Shown: in pieces, positions 27,342 through 37,017 of the stretch
Layout: each line of letters begins with the position of its first letter
Position numbering within the stretch: position 1 is the stretch's first letter
Assembly (NCBI GenBank): GCA_963814275.1
Contig: CAWFCE010000002.1
Coordinates: forward strand, 234,537-298,536
DNA from: Candidatus Parcubacteria bacterium
GTDB lineage: Bacteria; Patescibacteriota; Patescibacteriia; Patescibacteriales; UBA12075
Reading direction: 5' to 3'
Length of the DNA: 64,000 nucleotides
Program-made: the position numbers and the translations under genes
The notes under the pieces: model-generated
Told to the model about the DNA's origin: nothing
The model's database searches: none
Seen by the model: only the letters and a program-made list of their open reading frames with translations

Positions 27342-28322
27342 ATGGAAAATAACAATGAAAATATTTACGATGTTATAATCATCGGCTCCGGTCCGGCGGG
27401 GATTACTGCCGGGATCTACGCGGTCCGGCGGGAGATGAAGGCTCTGGTGATCGGTAAGGATGTTGGCGGGCAAGTGGTCTGGGCCAGTGAAGTCGATAAT
27501 TATCCCGGCCTGCCCCGCATCGGCAATATCGAGCTGATCGAGAAATGGCATGAGCATGCCAAGGGGTTGGGAGTGCAGTTCAAGCTTGACGAGATCAAAG
27601 AGATCAGGAAGGAAGGGGAGTACTTCAATCTATTCACCAACAAAGAAACTTATACGACCCGGACAGTGATCATTGCCATGGGACTGGTGCCGCGTCGGCT
27701 GGCAATACCCGGCGAGGAGAAGCTGACGGGCAAAGGGGTGTCCTACTGCGCTAATTGCGACAGTCCGTTCTACCGTAATCAGGATGTGGCCGTGGTCGGC
27801 GGAGGCAACTCCGCCCTGGATGCGGCCGAGATCCTGTCCAAGATCGCCAAGCAGGTCTATCTGGTCCACCGCCGCGATGAGTTCCGCGGTTTCGACGCTC
27901 TGCTCTCCGAGGTCAAATCCAAGCCGAACGTCAAGATCTATACGCCCTGCGAGATCTCCGAAATCCAGGGTGAGGAACGCGTGACCGGCCTCAAACTCAA
28001 AGACACCAAGAACGGCGAATGCAGCGAGGTGAAATTGAACGGCGTCTTCATCGAGATCGGCCGTATTGCCCACAGCGACCTGGTGGCGGAATTTGTGGAC
28101 CGCACCAAGAAGGGCCAGATCATTGTTGACGACAAATGCCGCACCAAGACCCCGGGCCTCTATGCCGCCGGCGACATCACGACCACGCCCTACAAGCAGA
28201 TCACGATCGCCATGGGCCAGGCGACGATCGCCGCCTTGGCCGCCTATGAATATATCCAGATGAAGGAAGGCAAAGATATCACCGGTCCGGTATTTGACCG
28301 GGGACCGAAGAAACTGGACTGA
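27342..28322 (+). CDS. trxB: thioredoxin-disulfide reductase
   Basis: FAD motif IIIGSGPAG, redox site CANC, NADPH motif VVGGGNSALDAA, C-terminal AAGD. Confidence 0.9.
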   Translation: MENNNENIYDVIIIGSGPAGITAGIYAVRREMKALVIGKDVGGQVVWASEVDNYPGLPRIGNIELIEKWHEHAKGLGVQFKLDEIKEIRKEGEYFNLFTNKETYTTRTVIIAMGLVPRRLAIPGEEKLTGKGVSYCANCDSPFYRNQDVAVVGGGNSALDAAEILSKIAKQVYLVHRRDEFRGFDALLSEVKSKPNVKIYTPCEISEIQGEERVTGLKLKDTKNGECSEVKLNGVFIEIGRIAHSDLVAEFVDRTKKGQIIVDDKCRTKTPGLYAAGDITTTPYKQITIAMGQATIAALAAYEYIQMKEGKDITGPVFDRGPKKLD

Positions 28323-28445
28323 TTGTTGGCCAGTTGTGAAATAAGTAAAACGGACAACACCAGTTGTTCGTTTTTAGAAGTATTTAGATAACAGACAACA
28401 GTTATTAGATGATTATGCTTTTTGCTATCTGTTGGCTAGAATTCA

Positions 28446-29075
28446 ATGCTCGATTTAAGAACCGAACAAATTTATTGGTTAAGAGGTTATAGGATTATCG
28501 GCGCGATTGACGAAGCCGGGCGCGGCCCCCTGGCCGGACCGGTGGTGGCGGCCTGCGTGCTGGTCCCGGCCGATTTCACAATGCCCGATTCTTTGGCCGG
28601 TGTTAAAGATTCCAAAAAGCTTACGGCAAAAAAGCGGGAAGAGTTGTATGATGAGATCATGGACGCATTTGCGGAAGTCGGGGTCGGGATCTGCGATCAC
28701 GCGGCGATCGACCGTATCAATATCCTGGAGGCGACCTTCCTGGCGATGAAGAAAGCTTTGGGCACCCTCAGGCGCAAACCGGATATAGCCCTGATCGACG
28801 GCAACCGGCCGATCCCCAACAGCTCACTGGTCCAAAAGCCGATCGTCAAAGGCGATGCCCGGGTATTTTCGATTGCCGCCGCCTCGATCATCGCCAAAGT
28901 CACCCGCGACCGGCTGATGCTTGCGTTCCATGAGCGATATCCGAAGTATGGCTTTGATAAACATAAAGGCTACGGTACGAAACAGCATCTGGAATGTCTG
29001 GAGAAGTACGGACCGTGCGAAATACATCGGAAAAGCTTTGCGCCAGTCAAGAAGCACATGGCACATATCACGTAG
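28446..29075 (+). CDS. rnhB: ribonuclease HII
   Basis: GAIDEAGRGPLAGPVVAA...DSKKL...KGDA...SIIAKV...GYG is the canonical RNase HII motif set. Confidence 0.9.
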   Translation: MLDLRTEQIYWLRGYRIIGAIDEAGRGPLAGPVVAACVLVPADFTMPDSLAGVKDSKKLTAKKREELYDEIMDAFAEVGVGICDHAAIDRINILEATFLAMKKALGTLRRKPDIALIDGNRPIPNSSLVQKPIVKGDARVFSIAAASIIAKVTRDRLMLAFHERYPKYGFDKHKGYGTKQHLECLEKYGPCEIHRKSFAPVKKHMAHIT

Positions 29076-29155
29076 CACATAGCATGTAGTATAAAACAAT
29101 TTTTTTCGATAATCATGTTATGTGATATGTGTTGCGTGATATGTGCTATGTGTTT
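29055..29155. repeat. inverted pair of tandem heptanucleotide arrays (CACATNG type)
   Basis: CACATGG CACATAT CACGTAG CACATAG CATGTAG (29055-29089, covering the rnhB stop) faces the inverted array TGTGATA TGTGTTG CGTGATA TGTGCTA TGTGTTT (29113-29155). Confidence 0.7.
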
Positions 29156-29219
29156 CTTGTCCATTCCCGCTAAATTCAGTATAATTAGATTAAGGCGATT
29201 ATTTTTAAAAAGCCAATGT

Positions 29220-29777
29220 ATGCATAACATCACTACCGGTGGTAATTCGCTTCTGGATGCCGGCATTATTATGACCAAGGCCGGTGTGGCGCAGGGGATG
29301 ACCGTGGCTGATCTGGGATGCGGCAGTTCCGGACATTTTGTGTTTCCAGCCGCGGAGATCGTCGGTTTGCAGGGCAAAGTCTACGCAGTCGATATTATGA
29401 AAACCGCCCTCGAATCCATAAGTAAAAGGAAACGGCAGGATGATTATGCCAATATCGAGGCGGTATGGACTAATTTGGAAGTATTCAACGCCACCAAGAT
29501 CGAGTCCGGTTCGCTCGATGTCGCATTGCTCATAAATACCCTTTATCAGTCCCATAAGCGGGTGGAAATACTCAGGGAGACCGTGCGGATGCTTAAAAAG
29601 AGCGGGATTTTGGCGGTAGTAGACTGGAAGAACGTTACCCTTCCCTTCGGTCCGCCAGTTAGCGAGCGGGTCAATCGGGAAAACCTCATAAATGGCGCTC
29701 CTAAATTGGGCCTGGAATTCCAGGAAGAATTTTTTGTCGGCCAATTCCACTATGGCTTGATTTTTATGAAAATTTGA
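29220..29777 (+). CDS. class I SAM-dependent methyltransferase
   Basis: Motif I VADLGCGSSGH. ATG 29220 preferred because the upstream part of the ORF is encoded by the heptamer array. Confidence 0.7.
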   Translation: MHNITTGGNSLLDAGIIMTKAGVAQGMTVADLGCGSSGHFVFPAAEIVGLQGKVYAVDIMKTALESISKRKRQDDYANIEAVWTNLEVFNATKIESGSLDVALLINTLYQSHKRVEILRETVRMLKKSGILAVVDWKNVTLPFGPPVSERVNRENLINGAPKLGLEFQEEFFVGQFHYGLIFMKI

Positions 29778-29850
29778 TTTAAGGTGTTTGTATCGATTGC
29801 AGATACTGCAAGGGGCAGTTAATTAATTGTCTTAATATAATTGACTAACT

Positions 29851-30240
29851 ATGAGCACATTATTATCACTACAATATTGGGTAAATATGCGGCCCGGATC
29901 ATTGTCCGGTCTGGCAATGCAGGCATTTTTGATATTTGTTATTGCTTTAGTCGCGCTTGGTTTTGTCACTTTCCTTCTAAAAAAGAAAAAAAGCGCCGGT
30001 TTATATAAGAAAGTATGGCAGCGCCTTAACAGTTTTTCCATCGGCAACACCGTGATTGGAATCATTATAATGTTTTTTACCTATGAGCAATTGCCATTTT
30101 TGTCGATGCGCTTGTGGTTGCTTTTATGGTTGGTCGGTATGGCGGTCTGGCTCGGGTTTATTGTTAAATCATTATTGCAAGTCCCGATTCTGAAAGAGCA
30201 ATTGGCCAAAGAACAGGAATATCAGAAATATATCCCGTAA
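29851..30240 (+). CDS. membrane protein
   Basis: 129 aa, three TM segments. Confidence 0.55.
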   Translation: MSTLLSLQYWVNMRPGSLSGLAMQAFLIFVIALVALGFVTFLLKKKKSAGLYKKVWQRLNSFSIGNTVIGIIIMFFTYEQLPFLSMRLWLLLWLVGMAVWLGFIVKSLLQVPILKEQLAKEQEYQKYIP

Positions 30241-30267
30241 TTTTGCTAATATTAAATATTTTATACT

Positions 30268-30288
30268 AGGGCCGTAAGGCCCTTTTTT
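30268..30288 (+). terminator. rho-independent terminator
   Basis: AGGGCC-GTAA-GGCCCT followed by TTTTT. Confidence 0.65.
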
Positions 30289-30300
30289 ATAGTAAAAATC

Positions 30301-30660
30301 ATGTCATATCGTCAAAAAATTGGTGAATTTGGTGAAAAATTAGCCAAAAATTACTTATTAAGAAAGCAATATAAGATTTTGGAGACAAATTTACGCGTCG
30401 GCCACAAGGAAGTTGATATTTTGGCTAAATTTAATAAAAAACTAATATTTGTAGAGGTGAAAACCCGCTTATATGGCGATAGTACCGGCGCAGATGAAGC
30501 GGTAGATGAAAATAAAATTAATTATTTGACCAGTGCCTTAAGCCAGTATGTTTATGCACACGGCTATGATCCGGAAGCGGTTAGGCTGGATTTAATCGCA
30601 ATTACCCTAAATAAAGTGAATAATACTGCTAATATTAAACATTACAAAGATATTTTCTAA
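30301..30660 (+). CDS. YraN family (UPF0102) endonuclease-like protein
   Basis: GEFGEKLAKNYLLRKQYKILETNLRVGHKEVDILA...LIFVEVKTR is the YraN signature. Confidence 0.8.
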   Translation: MSYRQKIGEFGEKLAKNYLLRKQYKILETNLRVGHKEVDILAKFNKKLIFVEVKTRLYGDSTGADEAVDENKINYLTSALSQYVYAHGYDPEAVRLDLIAITLNKVNNTANIKHYKDIF

Positions 30661-31052
30661 AATTTGAAATTTATCGAAATATATAAGTTTAATCCTTAAT
30701 TCGGGGTTAAACTTACTTATTTTTCCACATTTTTTTCCACATGAAATACCGGGTTTTCCCCCAGTTTATGTACTTGACTTGGGACAATAAGTCAGATAAG
30801 GTGAAGAAGCCAAGGTAAATTGGCAAATCCATTTCTACTTTTTTTCAATTTGCGTTGGGGGATTCAGGGGTCAGTTCGGATAACATCTAAACTGCACCCC
30901 TGGCCCCGAATGCGATATATTACCCTTATTGAAATGCTTATATCCGATTAATTTGTCCCGATAAAACGGCCCAGATTCACGGATCGAAAGCACTGTAAAG
31001 CGGGGTTAAGATAAATATTTTTGATTGTTTGAGGAGGAAACGTCAGTTCGGT

Positions 31053-32588
31053 ATGAAGAACAAAAACAAACGTTTCGTTTTTTTATTTACACTGTTTTTG
31101 GTATTATTCCCGTTAGTTCAGGCCAATGCCAGTTCAGTTCCGCAGCCGCGTATAATCGCCGTCAGGCAGAATTACCCGGGAACAGTAACCCGTCCGATCG
31201 TGACCGGATTAACTGCTGCTAATACTGAAATCTTGATATATCTAAACGGAAAGTTTGCCGGCAATGCCCATATAAACAGCAAAGGCACAGTCACCGATAA
31301 TTTCTATTTCCAGCCAACCGAGCCGCTTGCAACCGGAGATTATTCAATCAATGCCGTAGCAAAAGACAAAAGTTCCCTGGCTCAATCCGACTTTAGCGCG
31401 CCAATTGCCATAACTATCCCTGAATTGTCTGCGCCGACGCTCCTGGAGCCGAACGAAAGCACGGTTACCGGAATGGTGAAGCCGGTAATCGTCGGTCTGA
31501 CCGAAAGCGAAACGATTGTTCATGTATTCGTTGACGGGAAAATAAACGGCAACACCGGTTTGTTGGCTGACCCGTCCGGCACGGCGCATTTTTCCTATCG
31601 CCCCTTTTTGAATCTGAGCGTGGGTGAACACAGCGCCTGGGCCGTAGCGGTGAGCGAAGACGGACGTATAAGCCAACAGTCCAATGTCCTTTCTTTCCGG
31701 GTCGAGGAACCGATGCCCGCGCCGACTTTGTTTGCGCCAGTGGTGAACAGCCAATCCAGCCGCACCCAGCCTTTTATCGTCGGTCTAGCCAAGAATGGAT
31801 CCCTGGTCAAGGTATATATCGACCAGCAGCTTAACGGTCAGTTTGCGGTTACAGATGATCCGACCGGCACGGCAAGTTTTTCTTATCGTCCGTTCCTACC
31901 CCTTAAGCCCGGCAATCATTTGCTCTATGTGACAGCCACCGACAGTCGGGGCAAGGTCAGCCAGTGGTCGAGCTTGATGAATTATACCGTAGCTCAACCG
32001 GCAATCAGCGAAGGCGCCGCCGAAGAAAATGTTGATGTGTTGTCCAGTGAAGGTGTGTTCGGTTCACGTTTGGCCGATCTCCTGGTGCTGGCCCGATTGT
32101 TTACTGCCGACCGGACGGTATCCGTATCCGCCGAACAATTAGCGGCGATCGAAACGTTGCTGCGTAATCCGGGTAACTACTCGGTCAGTCCGGAAGAATT
32201 GGAACAGCTGAAGGCGCTTTATGAAGCCCAGACCGGCACCACTACTCCGCCTGCCGCGGCCGGCGAAGAAGCGCAGCCGGGCGAAAGCACGAGTACGGCT
32301 ACGACGACCGATCAGACGACCGATCAGGAGCTGGAAGCGATACTGAACCAGCCGGGCGGCACTTCGACTACCGCCACCGGGTTGATCAACGAAAGCAAGA
32401 AACTGGCCGGCAAACTTAGTTTGAACTTGATCATCTTTATATTGTTTCTGATCGCTGTGATCGCCTGGATCTTTTGGGTGAACCGGGAGTTAATTAAAGA
32501 ACGCCGTGAACAATCGGAAAAGGATAAAATCGCGGGCAATGGCGGACAAGAGAAGAAAGAAAGCGACCAGGATAAATTTAATTTATAA
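31053..32588 (+). CDS. surface protein with tandem Ig-like repeats and C-terminal TM anchor
   Basis: Signal peptide MKNKNKRFVFLFTLFLVLFPLVQANA. Three ~90-aa repeats (..P.IVGL...V.V..DG..NG...) and C-terminal TM LNLIIFILFLIAVIAWIFWV. Start uncertain. Confidence 0.6.
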   Translation: MKNKNKRFVFLFTLFLVLFPLVQANASSVPQPRIIAVRQNYPGTVTRPIVTGLTAANTEILIYLNGKFAGNAHINSKGTVTDNFYFQPTEPLATGDYSINAVAKDKSSLAQSDFSAPIAITIPELSAPTLLEPNESTVTGMVKPVIVGLTESETIVHVFVDGKINGNTGLLADPSGTAHFSYRPFLNLSVGEHSAWAVAVSEDGRISQQSNVLSFRVEEPMPAPTLFAPVVNSQSSRTQPFIVGLAKNGSLVKVYIDQQLNGQFAVTDDPTGTASFSYRPFLPLKPGNHLLYVTATDSRGKVSQWSSLMNYTVAQPAISEGAAEENVDVLSSEGVFGSRLADLLVLARLFTADRTVSVSAEQLAAIETLLRNPGNYSVSPEELEQLKALYEAQTGTTTPPAAAGEEAQPGESTSTATTTDQTTDQELEAILNQPGGTSTTATGLINESKKLAGKLSLNLIIFILFLIAVIAWIFWVNRELIKERREQSEKDKIAGNGGQEKKESDQDKFNL

Positions 32589-32765
32589 TCCGATAGCCGG
32601 ATTACGGAAGACTTGATATATATAATTTCCATTAGTTTGGAATATTGGTTCGATCTACTTATGTTTATGTGCAGATTAAACAGGGGAAATCGAACTTCTG
32701 TTAGCCGGCATAGCCGTTCGCAAGGCGGATAAGCCGGACAAACAGGCCCCTTCTTTTGCAAAAAA

Positions 32766-32800
32766 CAAAAACTCCTCCCGTGAAAGCGGGGGGAGTTTTG
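32766..32800. terminator. bidirectional terminator
   Basis: AAAAACTCCTCCCG-TGAAAG-CGGGGGGAGTTTTG between convergent genes. Confidence 0.7.
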
Positions 32801-32830
32801 TATTTCTGCAAATTCGTAATTCGTAGGAAT

Positions 32831-33799
32831 CTATTTATTGATAATAGACGATAAAATTTCATTTGCCTGGTCGCTGCGGATGAAAATTATATGCGGGTAA
32901 GCTTGGCTGAGGTCGCCGATGGCGCCGTAATAATCGGTATTCGCGAAAACATATAGAGGGCCAGCATCCAAGGTCTTATCGGGCGCGGACAATGCGATAA
33001 AGCCGGCCCGTGTCGTGCTGGCAAGTTCGTTCAGTGGCAGCGAGTTTGCTATCTGATTTGCTGACAATCCGTTATTAAAGATTTCGATCAAATCCGTGAG
33101 TTGATTGCCGATAATGGGATTATCCAGAGGATAAGCAAAAAAATGGGCGGCAATTATCGGGGTGATAGGGTTTTCCGCTAGCATTTTCCCGCTGTCGGGA
33201 TGGTTGGCGGCATAGACGCTGGCCTGGACTTTGAGCAAATCAATTGTTTCCGGCGCGAGTCCGTTCGGCACGGCTGGATGCTCTGTCGGAGTTGATGAAG
33301 CGGACATGGTTTTGAACGCGCTTGTTTCCGCCGCCGCAGGCGCCATTTCCGGTTTTGGCGCAGATTGAAGCGTGGCGTTTTCTTTTTCGAGCGTGATATT
33401 TTTGTCCTGCAGGTCTTTTATCTTGGCTTCGTTTTTCTGTGGTTCGTTAAGAGCCTTTACCGAATTGGCTAACTTGGTCCGGACTTTTTCCAGTTCTTTT
33501 CTTTTGTTGACCAGTTTTTGAGCCTCTTTGACGCGTTTGATCTCCTGGTTAACGGTCCGGATCTCTTCCTGGACGCCTGACGACTTACTTTCCAGCTTGA
33601 ACAAGTTATTCTGAATTTTCTGCTTTTTGTCGGCATTGCTTATTTCTTTATCGACCATTCGGTTATATTGGTCCAGTATTTTTGTTACCGACTGCTGATA
33701 ATCTAAGCCAGCCGCATTGGCCATTGTTCTGTTGGCTAAACCGGAAAATGAAATTGCGGTTATTATTACCGTGGCAATAGTGTATTTTAGCGCTTTCAT
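32831..33799 (-). CDS. secreted/anchored coiled-coil protein, unknown C-terminal domain
   Basis: N-terminal hydrophobic segment, ~110 aa K/E/Q-rich heptad-like region, then a ~140 aa globular C-terminus. No motif recognised. Confidence 0.6.
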   Translation of the reverse strand: MKALKYTIATVIITAISFSGLANRTMANAAGLDYQQSVTKILDQYNRMVDKEISNADKKQKIQNNLFKLESKSSGVQEEIRTVNQEIKRVKEAQKLVNKRKELEKVRTKLANSVKALNEPQKNEAKIKDLQDKNITLEKENATLQSAPKPEMAPAAAETSAFKTMSASSTPTEHPAVPNGLAPETIDLLKVQASVYAANHPDSGKMLAENPITPIIAAHFFAYPLDNPIIGNQLTDLIEIFNNGLSANQIANSLPLNELASTTRAGFIALSAPDKTLDAGPLYVFANTDYYGAIGDLSQAYPHIIFIRSDQANEILSSIINK

Positions 33800-34169
33800 A
33801 AGTTTAAATTAATTGGAAATAGGCATTTTTATCTGTTTTTTTGTTTGGGTATAAGTTGTTTATAACTTCTTACCAGGGGTTTTACAAGCTAAACGAATAA
33901 TTAACAATAGATTAATCGCAATAAAATTTTAATGATTCTTTATTTCATTTTTTATTTACGGCCCATCGTTTAATCTTGGCAAGACTGGGTCGCATTATAT
34001 TAAGTGCATATTAAACCGGTCTTGAATATTGATAATAATCTACTAATATAAGCAGAAATTAACTTGACAGTTTTTATAGCCAGCCTATTATTAGTATTAC
34101 GATAAAATAAAACGGGCAAATATAAAAAGTAAAAATTATAAATTCATTAATTCTTAATACTTTCTTTTT

Positions 34170-35552
34170 ATGAAACATTATACTTGGTTTTCCGTCGGGG
34201 CATTGGTCATAACTATTTTGGTCTTTACCCCCCTGTTGGCGTTCTATCATTCCACCCTTGTCAACCAGCCAAATGAGATTTCCGCCCTTGACCTCAATTT
34301 CAGCGACAATGGAACAGTATCGCTTGGCGCCACTTTGTCGGCCGCCGACGATACTTTGCCGATTGCCGACGTGGCGGAATTTCCGGCCGATAATGCCCAT
34401 GGTACGGTAGTCCTGATACCGCAGAATCATCGCTACCCGGGTACCGAGATCAATGACCCGAAGAATGATTCGGCTGAAGAAGCCCAGTCGCAGATATATG
34501 ACATCGAAAAATATCTGCATGAACAGCAGGGCATCGATTTCGTCATGATCGAGGGTGAACTGTACGGCGCGGTCCCGGCGCAAACAATCGATAAGGAAAA
34601 GAACCTTATCGCCATCAGAAACGACCTGGTAGCCGGCACCGATAGTCTGAAAAGCGAAATGGACGGAAATCCATATTTGGGCCTAATGGGTGCCTCGGTG
34701 GCGATGGAAGCCGAATCGGTCGTGGACTATGTCGACCGGACGATAATCCTTAAGGGCTCAGCCTATAAATTGGCGGCCGAAGGCGAGGATTTGGCCCTCT
34801 ACGGCACAGAAGATCCGCAAACCCAGGCGGAATGCGCCGCCATCGTCCGCGACTATATCTATCAGCAGGATCAGCTGGCGGCTTGTTCCACCCAGCCGAC
34901 TTATGCCGGCGTCGGTTCGGTTGATAACGCCAATATATCCGACCGTCTGAAAGCCGCTTACGAAGTGCTCAAAAAGAGCCTGACCGGCGGCCAGGTATCT
35001 GCCGCCGCGCCCGATCCGGCCGCTTCGGGGATAACTGGCGCTAATCTGTCGCATCTTTTCAGTATCGCCGACCTGGGGGGTTTATTGGGGGGACACGGCG
35101 TTCAGCTGGATGCATTCCAGAATCAGCTCAAAACCCTTCTCGCAACAGTCCAGCCGGGAGATCAGGGCAGTTTAACCCAGGCGGTGGGATCCCTGATCGA
35201 TACTGTCGGCCGTTTGATCGACTGGCAGAATGAGACGGAAGCGGTCGCTTCGACCGCGCCATCCCGGTCCGATAATCCTTACGCTTCGATTACCGACCCC
35301 GCGGAGTTGAAGCAAATGATCAGCGACACGGAAGATAAGATCGAATCGGAAGTGGTTGAACGCCGCAACCGGGAAACCGCGGAATTTTACGACCAGGCCA
35401 GCCTGGAGAAGGGCGAGGATATCGGTATTCTGCAATATGGCGCCGGCCACGAAGATGGTTTGGTGGAAGAATTGAATGCCCAGGGCCTCAATGTTGTCGT
35501 GGTCAAGCCGGATGAGGTCAAACGCCGGGAACTCTCGGGAGAAGACGAATAA
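34170..35552 (+). CDS. membrane-anchored protein with TraB/GumN/Tiki-like motif arrangement (tentative)
   Basis: N-terminal TM. HGTVVLIPQNH...FVMIEGE...ILQYGAGHEDGLVEELNAQGLNVVVV resembles the H / E / GxGH..G...L...G layout of the TraB-PrgY/GumN/ChaN superfamily. Judged by eye only. Confidence 0.6.
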   Translation: MKHYTWFSVGALVITILVFTPLLAFYHSTLVNQPNEISALDLNFSDNGTVSLGATLSAADDTLPIADVAEFPADNAHGTVVLIPQNHRYPGTEINDPKNDSAEEAQSQIYDIEKYLHEQQGIDFVMIEGELYGAVPAQTIDKEKNLIAIRNDLVAGTDSLKSEMDGNPYLGLMGASVAMEAESVVDYVDRTIILKGSAYKLAAEGEDLALYGTEDPQTQAECAAIVRDYIYQQDQLAACSTQPTYAGVGSVDNANISDRLKAAYEVLKKSLTGGQVSAAAPDPAASGITGANLSHLFSIADLGGLLGGHGVQLDAFQNQLKTLLATVQPGDQGSLTQAVGSLIDTVGRLIDWQNETEAVASTAPSRSDNPYASITDPAELKQMISDTEDKIESEVVERRNRETAEFYDQASLEKGEDIGILQYGAGHEDGLVEELNAQGLNVVVVKPDEVKRRELSGEDE

Positions 35553-35628
35553 AATTTTCAAGGAGCTTGGCGGAAACCGGAAAACAATATTTTAGCCGGA
35601 CTGGTTGCGGCCAACACTGATAATTAAT

Positions 35629-36183
35629 TTAATTTATCATATTAACATTGAACAACTGATCCAGGATAAAGAGATCACCCAAGTTCGGGCCATCGGGCGA
35701 AAGCAGTCCGTTGCTGTTACCCTTAAACAGCTGATCCAGGACAAAGAGATCACCCAAACGGTTTAATCGGTCGGAAATCAGGTCCGGCTGACTGCCGAAC
35801 AGCTGATCCAGGACAAAGAGATCACCCAAGTTCGGGCCATCGGGCGAAAGCAGTCCGTTGCTGTTACCCTTAAACAGCTGATCCAGGATGAAGAGACTAC
35901 CCAGCGAAAGGTGCTTTGGCGGGGCGGAATTATCCGCTCCGCTTTGTTTTGTTACGGTCGGTGCCGGTTGAAGCGGTTCGGTTGTCGTTGCGCTTTCTGC
36001 GATAGCGGCCGCCTCCGGGGCCCTAAACTCCGAAACGCGGGATACTGTCTTGTCGTAGCCCGATTTTGCGGGGTTATCGATAATTTTACCGATAACGATA
36101 CTCTTCGCCTTCACCCCCAGATAAGCGAACAGGGATGCGTTTATTATCAAGAATGCAATTGCCGTATTTCTAATTAGTTTCAT
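35629..36183 (-). CDS. LGDLFxLDQLF-repeat secreted protein A (4 motif copies)
   Basis: N-terminal TM/signal, then LGSLFILDQLF, LGDLFVLDQLF x2 and LGDLFILDQLF separated by 13-14 aa linkers. The last motif is 6 aa from the C-terminus. Confidence 0.75.
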   Translation of the reverse strand: MKLIRNTAIAFLIINASLFAYLGVKAKSIVIGKIIDNPAKSGYDKTVSRVSEFRAPEAAAIAESATTTEPLQPAPTVTKQSGADNSAPPKHLSLGSLFILDQLFKGNSNGLLSPDGPNLGDLFVLDQLFGSQPDLISDRLNRLGDLFVLDQLFKGNSNGLLSPDGPNLGDLFILDQLFNVNMIN

Positions 36184-36301
36184 AGATTTTTTTGCCTATT
36201 TTTCCGGAATTCGTTCTTTGAATCCTGGAATGCCATATTTAGCCTTAAAGGCGGCCCCGCCTTATGTTTAGCGGGGTCGCCTTTTTCGGACAGAATGTAT
36301 C

Positions 36302-36850
36302 TTATTTGAACAGCTGATCCAGGATAAAGAGATCACCGACATTGGCTTGGCCATTACCGCTCAAGACATCGCTGTTCGATCCGAACAGGTTGTCCAGAAT
36401 GAAGAGATCACCGAGCGAGTTGCTGTCGCCGCTGCCCAGGATACCGCCATTACCGCCCAGCACACTGCCGTTGTCGCTGAACAACCGATCCAATGTGAAC
36501 AAATCACCCAAGTTCGGATTCTTGACGCCGGTAATGTTGGTGTTGTTGGTGAACAGCTGGTCCAGAATGAAGAGATCGCCCAGTCCGGTATTGCCGCTGT
36601 TGCTCGAGAGCACGCTAGTGTCATTATTCCCGAACAATTGGTCCAATACGAACAGGCTGCCCAGATTGGTGGTGCCATTCGTACCGATGACGCTGTCGTT
36701 GTTGAACAGGTTGCTCAGAACGAATAGATCGCCCAGTCCGCTGTTGTTGTTGCCAAGGACACTGGCCGAAGCTGCCATCGGGCTTACCGCTAATGCCGCC
36801 ACCATCGCTACCGCTGCCACTCCGCCGATTACTTTCGTTTTTAATTTCAT
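36302..36850 (-). CDS. LGDLFxLDQLF-repeat secreted protein B (6 motif copies)
   Basis: Signal peptide ending ASA. Motifs LGDLFVLSNLF, LGSLFVLDQLF, LGDLFILDQLF, LGDLFTLDRLF, LGDLFILDNLF and VGDLFILDQLF-K(stop), with N/G/S-rich linkers of 13-21 aa. Confidence 0.75.
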   Translation of the reverse strand: MKLKTKVIGGVAAVAMVAALAVSPMAASASVLGNNNSGLGDLFVLSNLFNNDSVIGTNGTTNLGSLFVLDQLFGNNDTSVLSSNSGNTGLGDLFILDQLFTNNTNITGVKNPNLGDLFTLDRLFSDNGSVLGGNGGILGSGDSNSLGDLFILDNLFGSNSDVLSGNGQANVGDLFILDQLFK

Positions 36851-37017
36851 ATAACAGGATTTGAATTATTTATTAATTTTCACCTTCCCGTATGCGACCT
36901 TTATTCTCTTTATTTGTGGATTTTGCCGGGAAGGCGCTGATCGATATTCGATCTGTCCTTTTTGCAATACCCACGACTCTATTATTGCTTTTATGCGGAT
37001 ACATTAATCCGCCGCTA

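Noticed and set aside
27720-27770. The trxB redox site reads CANC rather than the familiar CATC/CAVC.
   Set aside because: The two central residues vary among thioredoxin reductases, so this is not unusual enough to flag.
28970-29377. 135-aa minus-strand ORF, and the N-terminal 35 codons of the 29115 ORF (MLCDMCCVICAMCF...).
   Set aside because: The Cys/Met-rich translations are produced by the CACATNG/TGTGNTA heptamer arrays. The methyltransferase is started at ATG 29220 instead.
30780-31028. Looked for a riboswitch upstream of the 31053 surface-protein gene (hairpin CAGGGGT...ACCCCTG).
   Set aside because: There is no match to any riboswitch consensus I can recall. A single hairpin is insufficient.
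36342-36854. Alternative frames across repeat gene B (36342-36854 plus, 36347-36727 plus, 36361-36678 minus).
   Set aside because: Repetitive DNA keeps several frames open. Only the chosen minus frame gives a signal peptide and the motif shared with genes A and C.
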